Source of the DNA: Bdellovibrionota bacterium
Lineage (GTDB): Bacteria > Bdellovibrionota_C > UBA2361 > JBIKWN01
Assembly (NCBI GenBank): GCA_044356295.1
Contig: JBIKWN010000028.1
Coordinates: 1-30,587, forward strand
Direction of reading: 5' to 3'
DNA length: 30,587 bases
Part shown: piece after piece, positions 8,245-17,972 of the stretch
Position numbering within the stretch: position 1 is the stretch's first letter
Layout of the letters: every line of letters starts with the position of its first letter
Translations under genes and position numbers: made by a program
The notes under the pieces: generated by a model
Seen by the model: the letters and a program-made list of their open reading frames with translations, nothing else
Database searches by the model: none
Told to the model about the DNA's origin: nothing

Positions 8245-9953
8245 AAAGATTCATTCGCAAGATGCAAGACTTGCTCCGCACGTTCCTCAGGCTGACCAAA
8301 AGCTGCAGCGATTGGTGTTGGAATAACACCAAGTTTTTTCCATGAGGATTTAATTGACCATCGAAGTAGTGATCGAATTAGCTCGTTTTGTGGTCTTCCC
8401 GAACTTGTTACATAAGGTGGTAAATCTTCAAGCATAAGAACTTTTTGATAACGAATACTTTGACCCCACATCTTTAGAGTTTGGATGAGACGTTTAATCT
8501 CTTTTCTTTCAGCTCTCCAATCGCTGCACTGATTAGTATTGATATAGCGATCATCTTTGAGAATTTTTCTCATAAGAGATCTTATAAAGTTAGGTTGTGT
8601 CGATAAAAGAACCAGTTGAAGCATTCCAAGATAGTCGCCAATTCCCCTATCACAAATAATTGGAAGTATGGGTGCATGAATATCTTTATTCTTAATCTCT
8701 TCTTGAAGTGTTATGAGCTTTTGAATATGTCGTGATGCAGTAGTTTCGATGATTGGAACAACAAATCTTATGGCATCTTGTGAGGTAAAGCCTTTTTCAA
8801 GTGTATTACCAATAATATCTGGAATCATTTCGTCGATGATAGTTGCTTCCTTTGAAAGAATCGTAACTGTTGTAGTTTTACCCGCACTCGCATTTCCAGT
8901 AAGTACGGTTGCAGGAGTTAAAATAACGTTACCTTTTTTTGGTGGAAGTAATGATGAGGCTTGTGAATTAATAAAAAAGTAACGATTCTTTTCTTCTTTA
9001 TTTAGTGAAATATTTTTTTGGATTACTGGATATAAAGTTTCCTGTGCGAGCTGTCGTATTAATAATTCAAGTTCCATGGTGAGAAGGTTTTGAGCTACAC
9101 CATCTTCTTCTGCGTTATTTCTTGCTTTATGAAATGGACACCCTTTTCGAGCCGCTTGTAGCTCACTCCTTGGTATTTCGGCAGATAGTGAATCGGCGCT
9201 CAAGGTAATATCTTCGAACCAGTCGTCTCGAAGATCGAGTGTGTTTCCATTCCATTGAAGTGAAAGGTTCTGTGGATTTCCGATGATACCAAAGCTCATC
9301 AAGGAGCGGGTCGCTAACTTAGATATCATTCCATAAAAATTATTTGCATAAGCATCGATTTTTTCTGGTGACGTATCGATGCTTGGTCTGGAATCAGTAT
9401 CTGTTTTTAATAGTTGAGTAACTGGTGCTGATGCAGCCCATAAAAGAAAGATCAAACCTGTCTCGATTCCTTCTATAAGTCTTTTATCAAGCACAGAATC
9501 TGAGCCAGCACGAGCTACTCTAAAAGGAGATTCCTCATACATTTGACGAGTTTTATCAAAAAGTTCTGCAAATGATTTTTCTTGTTTAGCTTGAGCTAGT
9601 GCGATTGAATAGAAAGAGGTAAATAACTGTAAAGAGCCATCTCTCCACATTGAGCAAATTGATGTTGGTGATATATTTTCTAGATCGCTATCAGGATTGA
9701 GATATTCCCAGAGAAGTTTAGAATTAAATTTATCCTCAGTATGTAATTCAAATTCGGAATTAACACATGCCAAGAAATAGGGCCAAACTTTTTCAAGAAT
9801 ACGTGTAAGATTTTCATGGAGCTCACAATAATTTCCCCCTTCAACGGAGTCAGTTTTAGTAAATGTTAGATCACTTCGCTCGTAGTTAATGAGCAACTTT
9901 ACAAGTGCGTCAGAATTCGACGGAGTTCTAGAGTGATGCGTATGGAGAGTCAT
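8238..9953 (-). CDS. Orphan two-part protein: unknown N-terminal region with a GCPF motif plus a C-terminal P-loop NTPase/kinase (AAA_28/NadR-like)
   Basis: Walker A VLTGNASAGKTT, then IICDRGIGDYLG, YQKVLMLEDLPPY...SGR and PEERAEQVL, typical of AAA_28. RKGCPFH at 9129-9149. Confidence 0.75.
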   Translation of the reverse strand: MTLHTHHSRTPSNSDALVKLLINYERSDLTFTKTDSVEGGNYCELHENLTRILEKVWPYFLACVNSEFELHTEDKFNSKLLWEYLNPDSDLENISPTSICSMWRDGSLQLFTSFYSIALAQAKQEKSFAELFDKTRQMYEESPFRVARAGSDSVLDKRLIEGIETGLIFLLWAASAPVTQLLKTDTDSRPSIDTSPEKIDAYANNFYGMISKLATRSLMSFGIIGNPQNLSLQWNGNTLDLRDDWFEDITLSADSLSAEIPRSELQAARKGCPFHKARNNAEEDGVAQNLLTMELELLIRQLAQETLYPVIQKNISLNKEEKNRYFFINSQASSLLPPKKGNVILTPATVLTGNASAGKTTTVTILSKEATIIDEMIPDIIGNTLEKGFTSQDAIRFVVPIIETTASRHIQKLITLQEEIKNKDIHAPILPIICDRGIGDYLGMLQLVLLSTQPNFIRSLMRKILKDDRYINTNQCSDWRAERKEIKRLIQTLKMWGQSIRYQKVLMLEDLPPYVTSSGRPQNELIRSLLRWSIKSSWKKLGVIPTPIAAAFGQPEERAEQVLHLANESFQ

Positions 9954-10044
9954 TTATAATAATCATATAATTACTATAATTCTTACTCAAAAAACCCAGA
10001 AAGAATCTTTCATGAGAAGAAATAATCAGCACATTATATTGGAT

Positions 10045-11604
10045 TTAGACTTGATGAACGCCTATAACTGAGGGAATTTGGGCAATAATATCCGATGCGA
10101 TGATAGGCCCCTTATTCTTTTTTACTGCCCTTAATCCTGATTGAGCATGAATAAAAACACCAGTTTTTGCGGCTTCAATTGGTGAAAGACCTTGTGCCAT
10201 AAGACTTGCAACAATACCGGATAAGACATCTCCGCTTCCTGCGGTTGCAAGATAGGGTGATGAATCTTCATGTACAAAACCACCATGTTTATTTGCAATT
10301 ATAGTTGAGGCGCCTTTTAAGATAACGGTAGCTTCAGTTTTATTTGCTAACGCTAGAGCTGCAGTAAATCGATCCTTTTCAATTTTATTTGTAGTTGTTG
10401 AAAGTAATCGTGCAGCTTCACCTGGATGTGGAGTGAGTACGCAATTTTTAAGTGATATTTTTGATCTGATTGGGGCAATAGCATTTAATCCATCAGCATC
10501 AAGTACAAATTTTTTATTTTGCGAAATAAGATAGGCGATTAGTTTTTTTACTAATTGCGGTATCGGGTTCTTAGTAGAAAGACCAGGTCCAAGAACAATA
10601 GCAGATGAATTTTTAATAGATTGAAAAAGAAGCTCTCTATTTTTAAGTTGATAAACTCCATCACTATGCTCTAAGTGTCGTAGCATTATCTCTGCATTAC
10701 AGTCGTGCTCTTCTTCCTTGTTTAAAACTGTTTGAGTAACAGTTCCTGCACCTGAACGTAGTGCTGCAAATGCAGAAAGTTTTGGTGCTCCAGGCATATC
10801 AAGGCTTCCTCCGATAACAAATACAGAACCGTAAGAACCTTTATGACTATATGTTCTGCGTGTTGGAATTACAGTATCGATCTTCGGGTTAAAGGACGTA
10901 AATTGAGGTTTCTTGTTGGCATTAATTCCGATTGGAATTATGACTTGTTCTCCGCATATACCTTTCCCTGGATACTGCGACATCCCACTCTTTCTAAACT
11001 CAATAGCTAGTGAGAGAGAAGCTTCAAGATAAGAATTATATATTTCACCAGTTGAGCTGTTGACTCCAGTTGGTATGTCTATAGCTATAACTTTCTTTTT
11101 AACATTAAGTTTTGATTCGTTGATTAATGAGACGAACTTCTTAATTTCCCCATTTGCTGCTTTTGTTTGCCCATTTCCAAGAATTGCGTCGATGATCACA
11201 TCAGATTGCTTTATGAGATGAGATGCTTTTTCTCTGTTAATTGAAGGGATGTCATTTGAAGATTTTCCTTTCAAGCAGAAAAGTTTGCCTTTTATATCAA
11301 GAAATTTTTTGCAATTTTTAGAATTTTCAAAGCTATATCGTTTACTCAGTACAAGAAGAACGGAAACACGAAAACCTTTATTGTGAAGTTCTCGTGCGAT
11401 TACTAATCCATCTCCACCGTTATTTCCACTACCACAACAAATTACTATTCTAGAGGGTTTTGTAATGATTTTTTCTTTAATCAGATACTTTACACAAGCT
11501 GCCCCAGCACGCTCCATTAATTGAAGCCCAGATGTACCATTTGATATTGTATGCTGGTCAAATGATCTCATCTCTTCTGCATTTGGCAAATAATAAATGC
11601 TCAT
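10045..11604 (-). CDS. nnr: Bifunctional NAD(P)HX epimerase/dehydratase
   Basis: LMERAG, CGSGNNGGDG, IDAILG, IDIPTG, HKGSYG, LGPGL, DADGLN, LTPHPGEAARL and ATAGSGDVLSG. Confidence 0.97.
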   Translation of the reverse strand: MSIYYLPNAEEMRSFDQHTISNGTSGLQLMERAGAACVKYLIKEKIITKPSRIVICCGSGNNGGDGLVIARELHNKGFRVSVLLVLSKRYSFENSKNCKKFLDIKGKLFCLKGKSSNDIPSINREKASHLIKQSDVIIDAILGNGQTKAANGEIKKFVSLINESKLNVKKKVIAIDIPTGVNSSTGEIYNSYLEASLSLAIEFRKSGMSQYPGKGICGEQVIIPIGINANKKPQFTSFNPKIDTVIPTRRTYSHKGSYGSVFVIGGSLDMPGAPKLSAFAALRSGAGTVTQTVLNKEEEHDCNAEIMLRHLEHSDGVYQLKNRELLFQSIKNSSAIVLGPGLSTKNPIPQLVKKLIAYLISQNKKFVLDADGLNAIAPIRSKISLKNCVLTPHPGEAARLLSTTTNKIEKDRFTAALALANKTEATVILKGASTIIANKHGGFVHEDSSPYLATAGSGDVLSGIVASLMAQGLSPIEAAKTGVFIHAQSGLRAVKKNKGPIIASDIIAQIPSVIGVHQV

Positions 11605-11667
11605 ATAGAAACGATAAACTGATTAGGAGCTTAGTGATAGTCCTTCACGTTGTTACCGTGATGAGAT

Positions 11668-12570
11668 TTACTGTAGCATCAGATTGAAACGTATCGGGAC
11701 TTGAAAGGATACTGAACTACTTTTCATTGATTCTAAGAAAGCAGGGAAGGGGGCTGCATTTTGAATCATGGATTCAACGCCTTCGCTGAGCAAAGATGAA
11801 TCACTATTGAGAATAGAGAGCTTCTCTATTGATCCATTACTAAAAAGCGAAATAGATATCAAAACCTGTCCTTCAATACCTCGCTCTCTTGCTCTCTTTG
11901 GATATCTTTTATTTTTTGCAATATGAGCTGCGACCAATTGTTGGTAAGTAACCTCTGCCGTGCCACCGGTGCCTCCTACGGGACTCAGTGAACTACCTGC
12001 TTGTCCAGTAGAGGATTGCGCTTCTTGTGATGTTGTTTTTTTTGTTGCTTCTTCGGGAATAGTTTCTGATTTAGTTTTTTGTTTCTTTTTTTCTTGCTTT
12101 ACGGGCTTTGCTTGAACCACGCTTTTGCCGGTTTCAAACTGTTTCTCTTCAAGAATTAAGTTTTTATTTATAAGTTCCTGAGGATCTTGCTGTTCAGAAT
12201 TATCTTCAGCAGGAAAGTTTTCATCCTTTGAACCAACAATAGAAACCATAAAGATCTGATTATTTGTGTCAGAAGCTTTTGGTGCACTATTCATGTGAAT
12301 CAGTGCATGACCGATCCACCAAGCAAGACACAGGAAAGCTCCATGCACCAGAAAAGATGCAATCAGAGGTTTAGTAAAACCAATATCTTTTGCTTTAAGA
12401 AGTTTAGGTAACCCTTTTCCACCTTCAATAACTTTTAGATTTGCACGAAAAGAAGGCGTAGGAGTCTGATCCTCGATAGGTTCTATTGCATCGAACGAGA
12501 ATTTCGAGCGCCCACTCGCAGGTGGAAGAAAGTCTTTTTCTGGTAATAGATCAAACTTTAGTTTAACCAT
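11668..12570 (-). CDS. tonB: Energy transducer TonB with an N-terminal extension
   Basis: TM anchor IASFLVHGAFL (SxxxH), a low-complexity linker, and C-terminal KRYPKRARERGIEGQV...SS...L...AAPFP...VPIRF. Confidence 0.93.
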   Translation of the reverse strand: MVKLKFDLLPEKDFLPPASGRSKFSFDAIEPIEDQTPTPSFRANLKVIEGGKGLPKLLKAKDIGFTKPLIASFLVHGAFLCLAWWIGHALIHMNSAPKASDTNNQIFMVSIVGSKDENFPAEDNSEQQDPQELINKNLILEEKQFETGKSVVQAKPVKQEKKKQKTKSETIPEEATKKTTSQEAQSSTGQAGSSLSPVGGTGGTAEVTYQQLVAAHIAKNKRYPKRARERGIEGQVLISISLFSNGSIEKLSILNSDSSLLSEGVESMIQNAAPFPAFLESMKSSSVSFQVPIRFNLMLQ

Positions 12571-12595
12571 ATAAAGCAGGCGCTCTTGTTAAAAT

Positions 12596-14713
12596 TTATA
12601 GGTCAAAATTCAGACCCATATAATAGTTTCTTGGATTTCCAGGCTCTAAACCATTACTTCGAATCCGCGAAGTATATTGTTCATCAAAAATGTTATTTAC
12701 TCCACTAATGAGTGAAATATTTTTATATACTGGAATTTCAGCAGTTAAGTCCCAAATTGCGTAGTTATCGATAAATCGATTATCACTATTGCCGTCATCA
12801 GCAAAAACTGAATCAACAAAAGTACCTATAAACGCAAGTTTAAGTTTTTTATCCATTGAATATGTTAAACCGCTTCGAAGGAGTGTTTGAGGAGCAAACT
12901 GAGGAGTTTTTCCTTTTAATGGACCTTCCGTGAATTCGGCATCAAGCAAGCTAATATTCGAATACCAAGTAAGGGATTTGTCTTTAATAAGACTAACATC
13001 AACTGCAGCATCCATTCCTCTGTAACGTGCTTTTCCAACGTTTTTAATTTCGTTAGCAACTCTTCCAAATTGGTTTCTATATTCGGTCCAAAAGAGGCTT
13101 GTATCAAAAGTTGCCCATTTCGTGAGATCACCCTTTAATCCAACTTCAGAAGTTACACTTTTCCCAGCTTCAAGATCTCTGGAAATCGTATCACCAGATT
13201 GTAGAGGTAATGAGTCTTGGAATGTTACAGGCTTGTAACCCTGTGAAAAATTCATATAGCTTTGCAATGAATCATTCCATTTGTATGTAGCACCAACTCC
13301 ACCTAAAGGAATAGCGTCATATCGATTATCAGAGCGAAGAGCGGATCCATCAGTAACGGATGTGTTGACCTCTTCATCTATGCTTTGAAATATATTTTCG
13401 AAACGAACTCCAGGTGTTACTGAAAGGTCGCCGAATTGAAATTTATTTTCAGTAAAGACAGAAGCAATACCAGTACTTCGAGCAAATCTTTTTTCAAGCG
13501 CACCAGTTGTTGCAAAAGGTGTTTCTCCTTTTGATTGGTTGTAAGGAGAATCCGTATACGATCCAGAGACACCAAAGGTAAAAATATTTTTGTTATTGGT
13601 TCCCCAAGCATTTTGAAAACGATTATCCGTTCCTACTATCCTAAATGCTTGATTTTGAATTGTATTGGTTGTTCCAAGAGGAATACCTCCGAAACTTGGA
13701 GCTTCACCATAGCTTTGTCTATTAGATACTCGAGACGTGTAGCCTCCGTATGCTTTGGAAGTAAAAGATGAATTTGCATCAACAGTGTGTTCGAGTGAAA
13801 CAGTTGAAATATATCTTTTAATCTTTAATCGGTCATATTTTAAAGTACTAGCAAATCGATCGTCATGGATTGATACGAGCCCTTCTCCACTAACATTCGA
13901 AAGTCCGCCGGGCTCTCCATGATTTCCATCATAAACATCAATATCAACCATAACTTTATTATCGCTATTTAAAATATGAGTTGAACGAAGTGTTCCGTTA
14001 CTGACTTGGTAATCGCTATTGAATTCTCTGGTTCCATCGCTATTTCGGTGATGAAACGAAGCAAGGACTCCATTGTTTTCGTTGCCTTCAGAAAATTCGT
14101 TATAAGTAGAATAGAGTGAATTGGATCCAACGATTTGTTTTGTTTTAAAACTAAAAGGAGTATTAACCTGGGCTTTACGGGTTACAAAATTTAAAGCACC
14201 AGAAGGTTGAGGTCCGTACAGTAGTGAAGCTCCACCACGAATAAATTCCGTAGATGTAAGACTATCTGTTGGTGGTACATAGTAACTCGCTGGGTATCCA
14301 TAAGGATCTGGAGCAAGCGGTAATCCGTCTTTAAGTAATAATATATTAAATGATTCATGTGGATCCCCAATTCCACGGTAATTGATACTTGCAAAACTTT
14401 CGTTGTTTACTTCACTTGAGAGTAGTCCTGGTACTTGTGACAAAACCTGTCTGTAATTATTTGTAACAATTGGTGGAAGTGCTTCAATGTTTGTGATTGT
14501 TACTTTTTTATCAGAAAGAATTTTACCATCCTCTACAACAGGCGGGGTCAGGGTGAGTGAGCGAGCTGATGTATCCTCAATCGTTACAGTTTCAAATGAG
14601 CCAAGATTTTCCTGGTTTTTTCTATCTTCAGCATGGGAATTAGGTTGGATTAAAGATGAAAGAAGAATCAATACTAGAGTAAATCCTTCAAGTTTAAATT
14701 TCATAGTTTTCAT
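12596..14713 (-). CDS. TonB-dependent outer membrane receptor (FecA-like)
   Basis: Signal peptide, TonB-box-like ETVTI, plug motifs LSQVPG, RG, LKDGLP and EFIRGGASLLYGPQPSGALNFVT, and C-terminal GVNNIFDEQY...PRNYYMGLNFDL. Confidence 0.95.
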   Translation of the reverse strand: MKTMKFKLEGFTLVLILLSSLIQPNSHAEDRKNQENLGSFETVTIEDTSARSLTLTPPVVEDGKILSDKKVTITNIEALPPIVTNNYRQVLSQVPGLLSSEVNNESFASINYRGIGDPHESFNILLLKDGLPLAPDPYGYPASYYVPPTDSLTSTEFIRGGASLLYGPQPSGALNFVTRKAQVNTPFSFKTKQIVGSNSLYSTYNEFSEGNENNGVLASFHHRNSDGTREFNSDYQVSNGTLRSTHILNSDNKVMVDIDVYDGNHGEPGGLSNVSGEGLVSIHDDRFASTLKYDRLKIKRYISTVSLEHTVDANSSFTSKAYGGYTSRVSNRQSYGEAPSFGGIPLGTTNTIQNQAFRIVGTDNRFQNAWGTNNKNIFTFGVSGSYTDSPYNQSKGETPFATTGALEKRFARSTGIASVFTENKFQFGDLSVTPGVRFENIFQSIDEEVNTSVTDGSALRSDNRYDAIPLGGVGATYKWNDSLQSYMNFSQGYKPVTFQDSLPLQSGDTISRDLEAGKSVTSEVGLKGDLTKWATFDTSLFWTEYRNQFGRVANEIKNVGKARYRGMDAAVDVSLIKDKSLTWYSNISLLDAEFTEGPLKGKTPQFAPQTLLRSGLTYSMDKKLKLAFIGTFVDSVFADDGNSDNRFIDNYAIWDLTAEIPVYKNISLISGVNNIFDEQYTSRIRSNGLEPGNPRNYYMGLNFDL

Positions 14714-14823
14714 ATTTTTAATAATAATTTCAGTAAGTTATTAACATTATATTATCGATAGGTCTATCAACGCCATGATATTTACATGATTCGCTTGGTA
14801 TATCAAGCATTTGAAGTAAATTA

Positions 14824-15219
14824 TTATTTCGACGCAAATGTTGTGACGCACCCACCACCCATTCTATTAAGGTGGACATCTATCATTTTGATGATAATTC
14901 CCGATTTATTCTCATTTAAGCTTGAACATTCAACAGTGTAATTTCGAGTGAAATCTTTGTATGCGCGAGACCAGTACATAGTCTTGGTACCCTTAGGCAT
15001 AAGAGCGAACTCACCAGGTTTTAAGGTATAGGCTGCTCCTCCACCTGAAACTTTTACTATATTATAACGAGCATCTTGGATATCGTTTCGTATTCTTATG
15101 CGACCATTTGGAGGAGCTGATTCGCATCCGGTTATACATAGAAAAAAAGTAGGAATGAATAAGAGGTGAAATTTTGATAACCTCTTAAGTCTATAGTACA
15201 TTTCTCTCTTCCAACTCAT
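14824..15219 (-). CDS. Small beta-rich putative lipoprotein (true start may be the ATG at 15201)
   Basis: Basic N-region, hydrophobic stretch and lipobox-like ITGC; two further Cys. Only 10 bp separate the longest start from the divergent hpt start. Confidence 0.65.
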   Translation of the reverse strand: MSWKREMYYRLKRLSKFHLLFIPTFFLCITGCESAPPNGRIRIRNDIQDARYNIVKVSGGGAAYTLKPGEFALMPKGTKTMYWSRAYKDFTRNYTVECSSLNENKSGIIIKMIDVHLNRMGGGCVTTFASK

Positions 15220-15229
15220 TGAAAAGATT

Positions 15230-15766
15230 ATGATTCCAAAAAACTACCGATTGCAATTCAAAAGAGCACAAGTTCAAGAAGTTGTTTCTAAAATTGCAGA
15301 AAAATTAGAACCATGGGTTGATGAGCAATCAAAACTTACTGGGCAAGATGTTATAGCGATTCCGATTTTGCATGGAGGGATTTTTTTCTATGCTGATTTA
15401 TCACGAGAAATAAAGCACTCACTAACACTCTTTCCTCTTAAAGCTACGGCATACGCTGGCAATGAAACGCAAGCATCGGAATTAAAAATTGATTTTGATT
15501 TTTCGACTGTAAAAGGAAGAGCAGTGCTCCTTGCAGATGAAATTTGTGAAAGTGGAAGATCGCTCAGTGAAGTAACAAAAGCATGTTTGAATGCAGGTGC
15601 GACTGCTGTTGCCCAAGCAGTCTTAATACGACGTGAAGGCGCAGGAACATTTGAGCCAACATTTATCGGGTGGGATTATAATGGTCCCGAATGGTTTGTT
15701 GGATATGGAATGGATGATAATGGACGCCATCGTAACTTGGCTGATATTTATGTTATTGAAAAATAA
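15230..15766 (+). CDS. hpt: Hypoxanthine phosphoribosyltransferase-like protein (divergent)
   Basis: PILHGGIFFYADLSR, KGRAVLLADEICESGRSL (PRPP loop) and FVGYGMDDNGRHRNL (HPRT C-terminal signature). Confidence 0.85.
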   Translation: MIPKNYRLQFKRAQVQEVVSKIAEKLEPWVDEQSKLTGQDVIAIPILHGGIFFYADLSREIKHSLTLFPLKATAYAGNETQASELKIDFDFSTVKGRAVLLADEICESGRSLSEVTKACLNAGATAVAQAVLIRREGAGTFEPTFIGWDYNGPEWFVGYGMDDNGRHRNLADIYVIEK

Positions 15767-15789
15767 CAAAATTAAAATCTAATTACTGT

Positions 15790-17073
15790 ATGCATTCTGT
15801 CGATATAAAAAATCTTTCAAAATCGTTTCATCGGCAGACGGTACGTAAGGGATACACTACCATTAAGTCTGCTTTATTCTCCTTCAGGAAAACTAAGGAA
15901 GAAATCGCAGCAAATAAACATACTGTAATAAAAGATCTTACGATGCGTATTCCACAAGGCGCTTCGATGGGGGTTATTGGACGAAATGGATCAGGTAAAT
16001 CAACACTTTTAAAACTGATTACTGGAATTTATAAACCCGAGTCAGGTTCAATTGATCTTCGTGGACGAGTTGCAGCGCTTATTGAACTTGGCGCTGGCTT
16101 TCATCCAGATTTTACGGGTCGAGAAAATGTGTATCTTGGCGGAGTCATGCACGGGCTCTCTAAAAAAGAGATCACTGAACGTTTCGACGATATTGTTTCT
16201 TTTGCAGAACTAGAAGCAGTTATCGATGATCCTGTTCGAACCTATTCATCAGGTATGTTTATGCGTTTAGGCTTTAGCCTTGCAGTGCATACGAATCCAG
16301 ATGTCTTGATAGTAGACGAAGTACTCGCTGTTGGAGATGCTCGATTCGTAACGAAGTGTAAAGATAAAGTAAGTGAACTTCGTCGAGAGGGTAAAACGTT
16401 ATTGTTAGTGAGTCATGATTTAGAAGCAGTTGAAAGGTGGTGTGATGAGGTTGTGTGGCTCCATGAAGGGATTGTTAAAGATAGGGGTGATCCGAGAAGG
16501 GTAATTGATGCGTACCGAAGTTGGGTTGAGGGTGCAGAGGAAGAAGAATTGATAGAGGCGTCTCTAAGTATCGCTCATGAAAATCAGTTTGTAGATGCTT
16601 CGAAACCTGAAAAAGAATCACAACGATGGGGGTCAAGAGAAATTGAAATTACTCAAGTCGTTCTTCACGATTCAGTAACTAAGCAGCATGAAAAACGTTT
16701 ATTTCATTCGGATGATAATTTAGTTGTTGAAATTCATTATCAGCTCAATCAACCTGCTGTAGTTAGTAAAGATGATTTAGTTTTTGGAGTTGGTATTCAT
16801 CGCCATGATGGATTACAAGTTTTTGGAACCAACACTGATATCGAAAAAATTACACTTCCAGAATTGGGATTACGTGGAGTGATTACTTTTTCTCTTTTAC
16901 CTAATCAGCTCACCGATGCGCGCTATACGCTTGACATTGCGTGTCACAGAAAAGACGGTTATGCCTTTGATTATCAAAAACATGTCATCGAATTTGCTGT
17001 TCGGCAAAGAGGTGTATCAAGTGTTGGTATATTCATCCCCCAAAGTGATTGGAAGATTTCATCGTCATTGTAG
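15790..17073 (+). CDS. wzt: Polysaccharide ABC exporter ATPase with a Wzt_C carbohydrate-binding domain
   Basis: GRNGSGKST, ELGAGFHPDFTGREN, YSSGMFMRL and VDEVLAVGD; the C-terminal domain begins RWGSREIEITQV. Confidence 0.95.
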   Translation: MHSVDIKNLSKSFHRQTVRKGYTTIKSALFSFRKTKEEIAANKHTVIKDLTMRIPQGASMGVIGRNGSGKSTLLKLITGIYKPESGSIDLRGRVAALIELGAGFHPDFTGRENVYLGGVMHGLSKKEITERFDDIVSFAELEAVIDDPVRTYSSGMFMRLGFSLAVHTNPDVLIVDEVLAVGDARFVTKCKDKVSELRREGKTLLLVSHDLEAVERWCDEVVWLHEGIVKDRGDPRRVIDAYRSWVEGAEEEELIEASLSIAHENQFVDASKPEKESQRWGSREIEITQVVLHDSVTKQHEKRLFHSDDNLVVEIHYQLNQPAVVSKDDLVFGVGIHRHDGLQVFGTNTDIEKITLPELGLRGVITFSLLPNQLTDARYTLDIACHRKDGYAFDYQKHVIEFAVRQRGVSSVGIFIPQSDWKISSSL

Positions 17074-17179
17074 TAATAATGAGCACCCCTAAGATAATTT
17101 CTTACAGAAGAGGGTGGAATGTGGGTCGATACTCAACTAGCTTGAAGCAAAAAGTCACTAGACTCAGATTGTTATTACT

Positions 17180-17788
17180 ATGGCACTATTAGATTTTTTA
17201 GTTTTAAACGAAGTAAAAAGCCCATCAAGCGGCGCTCGTATTCCTTCTTCAAGTGTTCGCTTAGAGGTAAGAGAAAATCAAGTTTTTTTACTAAGCATTA
17301 CATAATGCTTAGAGAGTATTCTTGCTGAGCCGCTCAAGGCTGCTCCTGGCAAAGAATCAAATCCAGTTGCAAGAACTATTAAACAGTTAAATCCAAAGAA
17401 TCATTGTGATGGATATGCAAGCGTTAATGATATCCTCATTGATGGTAAGAGCTATACTAGTCTGCTTTCGGGATCTGATCAGCGAGATAAAAGTTATGCA
17501 ATATTACCTGGTAAGAAAAATATTGTTGTTCACTATGAGCGCGGTGAAAACTTTTGTATAAATCTTCCTTCTGGAAATCCATATAATCCAATTGCTGAAT
17601 CTTGTAGTCAGCGAAATAAAGTTTTTCTAAAATGCTCTATAACATTTGATGCAAAAGCTACTCAAGAATACGAAGTGAGTGTCACCACTGATTACTCAAG
17701 CAATGTGAACGGAAAGTCTCCTACGAGTGAACGGGGTCCTTTAAAATCGAGCCCTGATCAGAAACTTGCAACAGGAAAATGCATGTAA
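17180..17788 (+). pseudogene. Stop-interrupted gene for a Cys-containing, probably secreted beta-sandwich protein (absent from the ORF track)
   Basis: ATG at 17180 and 41 codons, TAA at 17303-17305, then 160 open codons in the same frame (CLESILAEPLK...ILIDGK...AILPGKKNIVVHYE...CSITFDAKATQEYEV...ATGKCM) to TAA at 17786-17788. There is no early ATG/GTG/TTG in the downstream part. Confidence 0.7.
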
Positions 17789-17972
17789 TCGAACCAAAGG
17801 CTATTCAAAAAAACCTGATTAAGGTGATTGTTTTTTAGTACCAGATTTTCCGGCGGGATGGTTGATAGACCTAAATGACAGCAGTAGTTCGGTCATTTTG
17901 TCTTAATTTGAATGCCCAAAGCATGAACTGGAAGCATTGAGGTTTCTGTACTAAGATTGTCGTCTCTATACG

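Noticed and set aside
14714..14760. Fur box upstream of the TonB-dependent receptor
   Set aside because: AT-rich with GATAAT-like pieces but no convincing 19-bp match.
17181..17196. Sigma-54 promoter at TGGCAC
   Set aside because: No TTGC at the -12 position.
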